Below the pieces are notes generated by a model that was given only the letters and a program-made list of their open reading frames with translations, was not told where the DNA came from and searched no databases. A stretch of DNA of 64,000 bases from an uncultured Deferribacteres bacterium (lineage in GTDB: Bacteria; Zhuqueibacterota; JdFR-76; BMS3Abin05), in NCBI GenBank assembly GCA_964579725.1, contig CAZOHG010000002.1:30890-94889 (forward strand). Reading direction: 5' to 3'. The translations under genes were made by a program, and so were the position numbers. Below are positions 9,869-18,567 of this stretch, piece after piece. Numbering within the stretch: the first letter of the stretch is position 1; the number at the start of each line of letters is the position of its first letter.

Positions 9869-12800
9869 TCACCGGGATTTTTTTTGCAGACTGTGTCCTT
9901 TCCAAAGAAAATAGATCGCCGGAATCACAATGAGCGTCAATAATGTCGAAGTGATCATCCCCCCGACCATAGGAGCGGCAATTCGTTTCATGACCTGCGA
10001 TCCCGCGCCTGTGCTCCACAAAATAGGTAGAAGCCCAAAAATAATGGCAGAAACCGTCATCATTTTGGGGCGTACGCGCTTGACGGCCCCGTCGATAATG
10101 GCGGCATCCAAATCCGCTTTGTTTTTCATTGCACCGTTCATCTTCCGTTGGTTGTAAGCCTGGTCAAGATAGATAAGCATGACCACCCCTGTTTCCGCCG
10201 CCACACCGGCCAGGGCAATGAAGCCAATACTCACGGCTACACTCATGTTGTAGCCCAGGAAGTACATAAACCAAATACCGCCGACGATTGCGAACGGCAG
10301 AGAAAGCATAATAATCAAACTTTCGGCCACATTTTTAAAATTGAAATAAAGAAGAAGAAAAATCAGCACCAGCACAATAGGAATCATAATGCGCAAGCGA
10401 GCCGCCGCACGTTGCATGTATTCGAATTGGCCGCTCCAAACAATGCTGTACCCTGCCGGGAAATTGATTTTTTCCTCCACAACTTTTTGGGCTTGTTTGA
10501 CGTACGTGCCCACGTCGACACCGCGAATATCCACATAGAGCCAGGCCGTTCGCTTGGAGTTTTCGCTTTTAATCATCGGTGGCCCCTTGCGAATTCGAAT
10601 CCTGGTTATTTCTTCAATGGGGATTTTGGCGCCCGAAGGCGTTGTCACAAGAATCCTTCGAAGGGCAGGCAAATTGTCGCGGAGTTCGCGCGCGTACCGA
10701 ACATTCACCGGGTACCGTGCCAAACCTTCCACAGTGGAGGTCACATTCATGCCCCCAACGGCCGATTGAATCACATCTTGGACATCACCCACCGTCAGGC
10801 CGTAGCGGGCAATGGCGTCACGGTCAATTTCAAAATCCAGATAATTTCCACCAATGGTTTTGTCGGGGAAAACACTCACCGTTCCCGGAACATTTCTCAG
10901 CGCCTGCGCAATACGATTCCCCAGCGAAGAGAGAACGGACAAATCGCTCCCCATGATCTTAATGCCGACAGGCGTTTTGATTCCCGTAGACAACATATCG
11001 ATGCGGGTTTTAATAGGCATTGTCCAGGCGTTGGTCAACCCCGGAAAATGAATGGAGCGATCCAACTCACGCACCAATTTTTTCATGGTCATGCCCGGAC
11101 GCCACGCCTTCTTCGGTTTCAAGGTAATGGTTGTTTCAATCATGGAAAGCGGAGCGGGGTCTGTGGCGGTTTCGGCACGCCCGATTTTTCCAAAAACATG
11201 GTCAACCTCCGGAAAACTTTTAATGATCTTATCGGTCTGCTGAAGCAATTCTCGCGCCTTTGTAATGCTGATGCCCGGATCGGTGGTGGGCATGTAGAGC
11301 AAATCACCCTCATTCAGCGGCGGCATGAATTCAGACCCGATTTTCCGGAACGGGAAAATGGTTGCCAACAAAATAAGCAGAGCCAGGAAAATCACCCACC
11401 CCTTAAAACGCAGTACTACATTAATAATCGGGTGGTAGATTTTGATTAAAATAACATTGAGGGGATTTTTGTTTTCCGGCCTGATTTTTCCGCGAATCAA
11501 ATAGCCCATGAGAACGGGAACCAGTGTAATCGAAAGCAAGGCCGCTGCTGCCATTGAATAGGTTTTGGTGTAAGCCAACGGCTTAAAAAGTCGCCCCTCC
11601 TGAGCCTGCAAGGCGAACACCGGCAAAAACGAAACCACAATGATCAGCAGGGAGAAAAAAAGCGCAGGGCCGACCTCCTTGGACGCCTCGCTGACCACCT
11701 GCCAGTGCCCCTTCTTCCCGTCCGCATGTTCCAGATGCTTGTGTGCATTTTCGATCATGACAATGGCGGCGTCAATCATGGCACCAATGGCGATGGCAAT
11801 TCCTCCCAAAGACATAATATTAGCATTAAGTCCCTGAAAATACATGACTAAAAATGCCAAAAAAATACCCATAGGCAGCGTAATAATCGCCACCAGGGCG
11901 CTCTGGAAATGGAGAAGAAAAAGGATGCTAATAAGGGCGACGATTATGCTTTCTTCAATGAGTTTGCCTTTCAGGGTCTCAATGGCACGGTGAATCAAGG
12001 ACGAACGGTCGTACGCAGAGCGAATGGTAACCCCTTTGGGGAGCCCCTTTTGCAAATCTTTGAGTTTGGCTTTGACCAGGTTAATGGTTTTAAGTGCATT
12101 TTCACCGTACCGCATGACGATGATTCCGCCTACCACTTCCCCCTCACCGTTCCAATCGGCGATGCCGCGGCGCAATTCGGGTCCAATGTGGACATCGGCC
12201 ACATCCTTTATTTGAATGGGAGTCCCATTTTTATCTACCCCCAATGCAATGGAACGAATGTCTTCCGCCGAATGGATGTACCCCAAACCACGCACCATAA
12301 ATTCCGTTTCACCCATTTCTAAAAGTCGGCCCCCGATGTCGCGATTACTCCTTTTGAGCGCCCTTTTCACTTGAGCCAAAGAAATCCCGTACGCCTGCAA
12401 CTTATTGGGGTCAACCTCCACCTGATATTGCTTGACAAATCCCCCTACGCTGGCTACTTCGGCCACGCCTGGAACGGAGGTTAGTTCGTACCGAAGATAC
12501 CAATCTTGAATGGAACGCAATTCGCTTAAATCGTGGTTTTTGCTTTGCAACACGTATTCGTAAATCCAGCCGACGCCGGTTCCGTCTGGGCCCAGTGTTG
12601 GGTGCGCCTCGGCGGGCAAACGACTGGAAACCGCGCTCAAATATTCTAACACGCGACTTCTGGCCCAGTACAAATCGGTGCCGTCCTCAAAAATAATGTA
12701 CACGAAAGAGGTTCCGAAAAAAGAGTACCCGCGCACGACCTTGGCGTACGGGACAGCCATCATCGCCGTGGTGAGTGGGTACGTGACCTGGTCTTCCACA

Positions 12801-12979
12801 ACTTGAGGTGCCTGACCCTTGTATTCCGTGTAAATAATCACTTGAACGTCGCTGAGGTCGGGAATAGCGTCTACCGGCGTACACAACAGAGCCACCAGGC
12901 CCGCCAGGCCAATGCCGATCGAAAAAAGCAGAATTAAAACCCGGTTCCGAATCGAATAATCGATGATTTTTTCTAACAT
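9869..12979 (-). CDS. cusA: CusA/CzcA-family heavy-metal efflux RND permease
   Basis: A 1036-aa protein with 12-TM RND topology. The family is unmistakable in the ORF-track translation (AcrB/CzcA-like motifs throughout). Confidence 0.9.
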   Translation of the reverse strand: MLEKIIDYSIRNRVLILLFSIGIGLAGLVALLCTPVDAIPDLSDVQVIIYTEYKGQAPQVVEDQVTYPLTTAMMAVPYAKVVRGYSFFGTSFVYIIFEDGTDLYWARSRVLEYLSAVSSRLPAEAHPTLGPDGTGVGWIYEYVLQSKNHDLSELRSIQDWYLRYELTSVPGVAEVASVGGFVKQYQVEVDPNKLQAYGISLAQVKRALKRSNRDIGGRLLEMGETEFMVRGLGYIHSAEDIRSIALGVDKNGTPIQIKDVADVHIGPELRRGIADWNGEGEVVGGIIVMRYGENALKTINLVKAKLKDLQKGLPKGVTIRSAYDRSSLIHRAIETLKGKLIEESIIVALISILFLLHFQSALVAIITLPMGIFLAFLVMYFQGLNANIMSLGGIAIAIGAMIDAAIVMIENAHKHLEHADGKKGHWQVVSEASKEVGPALFFSLLIIVVSFLPVFALQAQEGRLFKPLAYTKTYSMAAAALLSITLVPVLMGYLIRGKIRPENKNPLNVILIKIYHPIINVVLRFKGWVIFLALLILLATIFPFRKIGSEFMPPLNEGDLLYMPTTDPGISITKARELLQQTDKIIKSFPEVDHVFGKIGRAETATDPAPLSMIETTITLKPKKAWRPGMTMKKLVRELDRSIHFPGLTNAWTMPIKTRIDMLSTGIKTPVGIKIMGSDLSVLSSLGNRIAQALRNVPGTVSVFPDKTIGGNYLDFEIDRDAIARYGLTVGDVQDVIQSAVGGMNVTSTVEGLARYPVNVRYARELRDNLPALRRILVTTPSGAKIPIEEITRIRIRKGPPMIKSENSKRTAWLYVDIRGVDVGTYVKQAQKVVEEKINFPAGYSIVWSGQFEYMQRAAARLRIMIPIVLVLIFLLLYFNFKNVAESLIIMLSLPFAIVGGIWFMYFLGYNMSVAVSIGFIALAGVAAETGVVMLIYLDQAYNQRKMNGAMKNKADLDAAIIDGAVKRVRPKMMTVSAIIFGLLPILWSTGAGSQVMKRIAAPMVGGMITSTLLTLIVIPAIYFLWKGHSLQKKSR

Positions 12980-13014
12980 GCGTCTCCCACTAATTGAATG
13001 GTTTTGGCCCTCGC

Positions 13015-14448
13015 CTACTTCTTCTTTTCTGCCAGCATTTTTTGAATGGCTTCCTGCAACCGGCTCTCGGAATCCAAAAGGAATTGAGCCGAGGTGACAA
13101 CCTTTTCCCCCGGCAGCAAACCCGAAGCGACTTGCACCTCATCGGCGTTCTGAATACCCAATTGAACCTGGCGCGGTTGAAATTTTCCTTTTCCGAGAGC
13201 AATGAACACAAGATCCCGTACGCCGGTGCGAATAACGGCTTCGGAAGGCACGACCAAAGCTTTTTGTTGAGGGCGCGTTTTCAGAAAGACCGTGGCAAAC
13301 ATGTTGGGCTTCAAGATTAAATCTTGGTTGTCCAGCGTCAATCGCACTGCCACGGAACGCGTCTTGCGTTCCAAATAGGGGTAAATGTACGAAACAGTTC
13401 CGCTGAAATCCCGGTTGGGAAAGGCATCAAACCGAACAATGGCTTTTTGGCCCAGGTGCACCCAGGGAATATCGTTTTCGTAAATTGTGGCATTGAGCCA
13501 AACCGTTGAAAGGTCGGCAATCTTAAAAAGTGGCGCGCCCGCCCGCACAAAATCGCCCTGAAAAGCCTTTTTCTCGATGACAAACCCGTTCGTCGGAGCG
13601 AAGAGCGTCAGGGTTTTGGTCAAAACGCCCCTGTTTTCTAAGGAGCGAATTTGCGCTGGCGAGATGTCCCACAACTTGAGGCGGTCGCGCGTGGCTTTTA
13701 GAAGGTCACGGGCACCCCTGGTAACTTCGGGGAAAGAGCTTTTCCCCAGGAGCTTTCTGTTTTTCAGCGCAAGCAAATATTCCTGCTGGGTTGCCACCAA
13801 ATCCGGAGAGTATATTTCCAGCATGGGAGCGCCCTTTCTGACCCGTTTGCCGGTGTAATCCACAAAAAGGCGTTCAATCCAGCCGGAGATTTTTGTCGTG
13901 ACCGCCACCATTTTTTGTTCGTCGTAGGCCACGGTTCCCACGGTGCGAATACTCTTGCTGATGGTCTTTTCCCGAACGGCCACCGTTCGCACGCCCATAT
14001 TTTGCACGGTAATCGGGTCAATTTTTACCGTGCCGCCCTTTTGAACATCGCTTTCGTAGACCGGGACCAGGTCCATTCCCATTTTCGACTTGCCGGGATG
14101 ATCGTAAATTTCTGTGGGGTCCATGGGCGCCTGCCAGTACAAAATTTTCCCTTTTTTCTCGGCTGACGTTGTTTTTTCTGTCCCTTCTTCCGAACCGGAA
14201 GCACCCTGTTTGACCGGGACTAAATCCATGCCGCAGATGGGGCACTGGCCGGGTTCTTTGGAAATGACCTGCGGATGCATCGGGCAGGTGTACAGGGTGG
14301 CCTTTTGGGTGTCAGACGTCCGTGCCGGTGTTTCTTTTTGACTGGAGTCGTTTTCCTCCCCCGGCAAAAAGAAAAAAAGTCCCCACCCAATGGCTATTCC
14401 AATGAAGACAAGCGCCAACCCCTGAAAATAGCGTGTGAATGTACCCAT
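13015..14448 (-). CDS. cusB: RND efflux periplasmic adaptor (CusB-like) with a duplicated N-terminal Cys/Met metal-binding module
   Basis: The N-terminus carries YTCPMHPQVISKEPGQCPICGMDLVPV and a second degenerate copy, YWQAPMDP...KMGMDLVPV. Lipoyl/beta-barrel/MP-proximal domains typical of HlyD-family adaptors follow. Confidence 0.85.
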   Translation of the reverse strand: MGTFTRYFQGLALVFIGIAIGWGLFFFLPGEENDSSQKETPARTSDTQKATLYTCPMHPQVISKEPGQCPICGMDLVPVKQGASGSEEGTEKTTSAEKKGKILYWQAPMDPTEIYDHPGKSKMGMDLVPVYESDVQKGGTVKIDPITVQNMGVRTVAVREKTISKSIRTVGTVAYDEQKMVAVTTKISGWIERLFVDYTGKRVRKGAPMLEIYSPDLVATQQEYLLALKNRKLLGKSSFPEVTRGARDLLKATRDRLKLWDISPAQIRSLENRGVLTKTLTLFAPTNGFVIEKKAFQGDFVRAGAPLFKIADLSTVWLNATIYENDIPWVHLGQKAIVRFDAFPNRDFSGTVSYIYPYLERKTRSVAVRLTLDNQDLILKPNMFATVFLKTRPQQKALVVPSEAVIRTGVRDLVFIALGKGKFQPRQVQLGIQNADEVQVASGLLPGEKVVTSAQFLLDSESRLQEAIQKMLAEKKK

Positions 14449-14454
14449 TTGTTT

Positions 14455-15756
14455 TTACCTTTCCTTTGCTCTCAAAAATAAGGGTTTGCCAACAATAATT
14501 TCCAATTCGGTAAGGGCGATTTCATACTCAGCCTGTGCTCGGTAGTAGTCGCTTTCGTAGCGAAACAGTGTTTGTTGATTGTTCAGGAGCGTCAGAAAAT
14601 CGATCTTCCCCACCTGGTAACTGGTCAGAGCTGCGTCTAACGCCTGTTTGGCCTGAGGCAAAATGCCTTCCCTCAAAAGCTTAAGCTGCTTTCGATTTTT
14701 TTCCGCACGCACCCAGGCATCCCGCAACTGAAAGCGAAGGAGGTTCCGCATGTTTTCCAGCTCTGCTTTTGCCTTTTGCAAATTTAGATCCGCTTCCTCC
14801 GTTCTTTGGGCCTGTTTTTGCCCGAAAAAAACCGGCAGATTGAACGCAACCGTAGCGGAAACGTAGTCGATGCCGGGGGCTCCCGTTTTGAGACGGTCCC
14901 GCTGGGTGTACGCCACCCCCAGAGTGACATCCGGCCAAAAATCCTTTTTCGCCAGTCGAAACAACCGCTCGGCTTTTTGCACAACGAGGCGACTTTTTTT
15001 CAAAATCGGCCGCAACGCAAACGCCAGACTTTCCAGTTCCCCGAGCGTTTGGCTCAACGAATCCAACCGAATCGTTCGGATTTTCGGAATGGGGATGTCC
15101 ACAGGACGATTGACCAAGATATTTAATTTGGCCTGAAGCGATTGCCGCTGTTGACGCAAGGCAATTTGACGATTCCGCAAGTTGGAATATTCCACCTGCG
15201 CTTTGAGAACATCCTGCTGGACACCTTTTCCCACGGCGTAACGGGTCTCGGCAATCCGGTTGAATTGCTTCAACAGGGCCATATTTTTGGCCGTCACGCG
15301 CAGCATCCGGTCTACAGCAAAAAGAGCAAAATAGGTGCTCTTTACCCTTCCCACGAGCTGATTTTCAAGTTCGATCCGGGTTTGTTCCGCAATTTGAAAC
15401 CGCGCCCGGGCCACGGATTTTTTTAGGCCCAACTTCCCGGGAAAGGGGATTTTTTGCCTGAGTGAAAGCTGTTTACCCGACATGGGTTCCTTGTTGAATA
15501 CGAAGGCATTCACCGGCAAATTCATGAAACTTACCGACAAAACTGGGTCAGGAAGACTGCCTGCTTGCGGAATTTCTTTGGCCGCTGCTTGAACGGCCAG
15601 TGCTCGGGCACGCAAATCCGGATTGTTTCGGAGCGCCAGGCGGACAAATGTTTCCACAGAGGGGGCAGTTTTCGATTGTTGAGCAAAGGAAAGTCCATTT
15701 AAACCGAGCCAAACAAGGGCTCCCAAAAGAATTATTTTTCTTCCGTTCATTCTCAT
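14455..15756 (-). CDS. cusC: TolC-family outer membrane efflux protein (CusC-like)
   Basis: Shows the TolC/OEP two-repeat architecture. The signal peptide is MRMNGRKIILLGALVWLGLNGLSFAQQ. I placed the start at 15756 instead of the 15846 extension. Confidence 0.85.
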   Translation of the reverse strand: MRMNGRKIILLGALVWLGLNGLSFAQQSKTAPSVETFVRLALRNNPDLRARALAVQAAAKEIPQAGSLPDPVLSVSFMNLPVNAFVFNKEPMSGKQLSLRQKIPFPGKLGLKKSVARARFQIAEQTRIELENQLVGRVKSTYFALFAVDRMLRVTAKNMALLKQFNRIAETRYAVGKGVQQDVLKAQVEYSNLRNRQIALRQQRQSLQAKLNILVNRPVDIPIPKIRTIRLDSLSQTLGELESLAFALRPILKKSRLVVQKAERLFRLAKKDFWPDVTLGVAYTQRDRLKTGAPGIDYVSATVAFNLPVFFGQKQAQRTEEADLNLQKAKAELENMRNLLRFQLRDAWVRAEKNRKQLKLLREGILPQAKQALDAALTSYQVGKIDFLTLLNNQQTLFRYESDYYRAQAEYEIALTELEIIVGKPLFLRAKER

Positions 15757-15934
15757 TCCTACACTTGGTTGTGTCCCGCACCCCGCGGCGGCAGCCGATT
15801 TCACCTGTTTGAGGCAAACCGTCTGCCGCGGAGGAGTGTAAGCCAAAAATTTCCGTCTTTCTTACGAAAATTGTGGAGCGTGCCAGGGCCTGGGCTGTTT
15901 CACCACGCGTTTGAACGCCGCTCTCTTTGAAAGG

Positions 15935-16411
15935 CTATTTGACGTAGGCCGACGGTTTTTTCTTAAATTTCTCCAAATCGCCTTTGGCGCAAAAATAATA
16001 GGTGTGTCCCTTGTACGTCGTGCTGTATTTGGCCGTTTTGGGATTGACTTTCATCCCACAAACCGGGTCAATGACCCACGCAGCTGTTTGGCGCACGCGT
16101 TTTCCGTGTCTTTTCGCCATTGTGCGACCCATCCGATTTTGGGGAGATTGGGTTTGCTTCGGACGAGAAAGGTACGTCTCGGGATTTTTCTCAAATTTAG
16201 CTTTTTCGGCAGGACTACAAAAATAATAGGTTTTTCCTTTGTAGGTGGTTTTTGCTCCAGCCTGCGAAGGAGACATCGTCATGCCGCAAACGGCACACGT
16301 GACCGTTTGAGCCCTGGCCGCTTTTTCAGCCTGCGGATGTTCCTGGGCTACGGCCAAGGACGTGACAAAAAACAGGGCTACCCATACGCCAATCCATTGT
16401 CGGAATCTCAT
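15935..16411 (-). CDS. Secreted protein with two YHS (TRASH-like) metal-binding domains
   Basis: Two copies of the CxxCGM...YKGKTYYFC pattern are present: VTCAVCGMTMSP...KGKTYYFCSP and IDPVCGMKVNP...KGHTYYFCAK. A signal peptide is present. Confidence 0.8.
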   Translation of the reverse strand: MRFRQWIGVWVALFFVTSLAVAQEHPQAEKAARAQTVTCAVCGMTMSPSQAGAKTTYKGKTYYFCSPAEKAKFEKNPETYLSRPKQTQSPQNRMGRTMAKRHGKRVRQTAAWVIDPVCGMKVNPKTAKYSTTYKGHTYYFCAKGDLEKFKKKPSAYVK

Positions 16412-16540
16412 TTCGAAAACCTCCTTTTTGTGAGTTTGTCAACCAATTGCGTCTCTTAGATTCAATTGTTGTGCCAAAAAAGAGAAACAGAGCTAACCGT
16501 TTTATTTTCCGGTCGTAAGCTCAGTCATATTTTTTTGGGG

Positions 16541-16566
16541 CTTCGCCGATTCTACAGCGAATATTC
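16541..16566. promoter_or_regulatory. Direct repeat ATTCTACAG-N5-ATTCTACAG in the divergent YHS/lpdA intergenic region
   Basis: Read directly from the sequence. It shares the 12-mer GAATATTCTACA with the palindrome at 9811-9830. Confidence 0.25.
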
Positions 16567-16894
16567 TACAGCTTGGAGATTATTCTGCATATGCAACGCA
16601 TTATTTTTAAAATGAACCCTCAAACCAAAACCTCGGCGAGTGGAAAAACAAGTTCTTTTCGAAACAACGCCTCCGAAAATGGCTTTCAAACCAACAAAAA
16701 TATTCTGACCGGAGAAAAACCTTGAAAATTATTCCGATTTTTTTTACCTATTAAACGGGTTTTTCAATAAGGCTTTCGGCAAAAGTGAGGCGTTTTTGCC
16801 GTGCCACACATGTTGGCTCTACTTGGTAGCCCCTTTACCGGCCTTTCAAAAAAATTGGATGAGAGCGATTTAAAATCGACCAGGGAAAATAAAA

Positions 16895-18295
16895 ATGGAA
16901 AAAGCGCAAGCAGATTTAACAGTAATCGGCAGTGGGCCTGGCGGGTACGTGGCGGCCATTCGCGCGGCCCAGTTAGGAATGAAGGTTGTGGTGGTGGAAA
17001 AGGCGGAATTGGGCGGGGTTTGCCTCAATTGGGGCTGTATTCCGGCCAAAGCTTTACTTCGAAGCGCCGAGGTGTACGCTTTGCTTAATCGGGCGGGGGA
17101 GTTCGGCCTACGAGCCGAAGGCATCGATTTTGACTTCCCTCGAATCATTCAACGCAGCCGAGCGGCGGCAGAGAAACTTTCCAGAGGGGTGGCTTTTCTT
17201 TTTCGAAAAAATAAAGTGGATTTGGCCGTGGGACGGGGCATTTTGGATACGGGCAACACGGTGCACGTATTGGATGAAATCGGCAAAGAAAAATTGCAAA
17301 TTGTTTCCCAAAATATCCTGCTGGCTACCGGCGCGCGTCCGCGAGAATTGCCCTTTGCTCCCTTCGACCGGCAGACCATTTTAACCAGCACTGACGCAAT
17401 GCTGCTGCCCGAACCGCCCCGCTCACTCCTCATCGTGGGCGCCGGTGCCATTGGGGTGGAATTTGCCGATTTTTTTGCCACCTTTGGAACGGAAGTTACG
17501 CTGGTGGAGCTTTTACCGCACATTTTACCTGCGGAAGATGCAGAGATAGCCGGCGTGGTGCGGCGTTCCTTTTTGAAACGGAAAATCAAAATTCTGGTCA
17601 ACACATCTCTAAAAAGCGTGACCGTTGGAGAGTCGGGGGTGGAGGCGTGGCTGGAAGGCCCCAGGGGGGAGCAAGAACTGCGCGCCGAAAAGATGCTGGT
17701 CTCCGTAGGCGTCGTGCCCAATGTGGAGCATCTCGGGCTCGAGGAAGCGGGTGTGACAGTCGAAAAGGGTCACGTAAAAGTGGACGAATTTTTTCAAACC
17801 ACGGTGCCCGGTGTGTACGCCGTTGGAGACGTCGTCGGACCCCCCTACCTGGCACACGTGGCTTCCGCAGAGGGAATTTCGGCCGTGGAACACATGGCGG
17901 GTCTCCACATGCCACCTCTAAATTACCAAACGATTCCCGGGGTGGTTTTTTCGCACCCACAAGTGGCGCGGGTCGGTTTGACGGAAGAACAAGCCAAAAA
18001 ACAGGGGTTGAAAATTAAGGTGGGCAAATTTCCCTTTACGGCAAACGGCAAGGCGCTGACGAGTGGAGAGACCACCGGCCTGGTCAAATTGATTTTCGAC
18101 GCGCAGGTTGGGGAACTTTTGGGAGGGCACATTGTGGGCGAAAATGCCTCCGAGCTCATTGGAGAAATCGGGCTGGCCAAAAGCCACGAGGCCACGTATT
18201 TGAGTATTTTGAAGACGGTTCACAGTCACCCGACACTGAGCGAAGCAATCATGGAAGCTGCTGCAAACGCCAACGGTGAAGCCATTCACATCTGA
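16895..18295 (+). CDS. lpdA: Dihydrolipoyl dehydrogenase
   Basis: FAD-binding GxGxxG is present. The redox-active disulfide is GGVCLNWGCIPAK. The C-terminal motif is HSHPTLSEAIMEAA. There is no N-terminal HMA domain and no C-terminal Cys pair, so it is not MerA. Confidence 0.85.
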   Translation: MEKAQADLTVIGSGPGGYVAAIRAAQLGMKVVVVEKAELGGVCLNWGCIPAKALLRSAEVYALLNRAGEFGLRAEGIDFDFPRIIQRSRAAAEKLSRGVAFLFRKNKVDLAVGRGILDTGNTVHVLDEIGKEKLQIVSQNILLATGARPRELPFAPFDRQTILTSTDAMLLPEPPRSLLIVGAGAIGVEFADFFATFGTEVTLVELLPHILPAEDAEIAGVVRRSFLKRKIKILVNTSLKSVTVGESGVEAWLEGPRGEQELRAEKMLVSVGVVPNVEHLGLEEAGVTVEKGHVKVDEFFQTTVPGVYAVGDVVGPPYLAHVASAEGISAVEHMAGLHMPPLNYQTIPGVVFSHPQVARVGLTEEQAKKQGLKIKVGKFPFTANGKALTSGETTGLVKLIFDAQVGELLGGHIVGENASELIGEIGLAKSHEATYLSILKTVHSHPTLSEAIMEAAANANGEAIHI

Positions 18296-18567
18296 TAGAA
18301 AGCAAACAACGGGAACAGATCGAACATTGTGCTCCAAATTTACGGTTCAAACGAAAGAATTACGGTGCACGTACCATTCTTTGGCGAAAAAGCGGGAAAC
18401 AAAAAGTGGGATTTTTGCGGAAGCATTTTGGTTCCCGGCAGGTGTTCGCGGACTAAAATCTCCCTTTTTGCTTTTCTTTTACCGCTTGTTTCCTTATATT
18501 GAAGTAATTCTAAATTTGCCACAGAAAAACGGGTGAACTGTTGCGTACCAATTCCCAACCGGGAAAA

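Noticed and set aside
10148-11449. A 433-aa plus-strand ORF inside cusA.
   Set aside because: It is antisense to a strongly supported RND permease gene. It is His/Arg/Asn-rich nonsense with no start context.
9811-16566. I considered treating the shared 12-mer GAATATTCTACA as statistically significant evidence of a regulon.
   Set aside because: With 64 kb and both strands, on the order of a hundred identical 12-mer pairs are expected by chance. I kept it only as a low-interest observation because of the repeat symmetry and the location.
16895-18295. I considered calling the pyridine-nucleotide-disulfide oxidoreductase next to the metal island a mercuric reductase.
   Set aside because: It lacks an N-terminal HMA domain and the C-terminal Cys-Cys pair. 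It has the lipoamide dehydrogenase HxHPTLSE tail.
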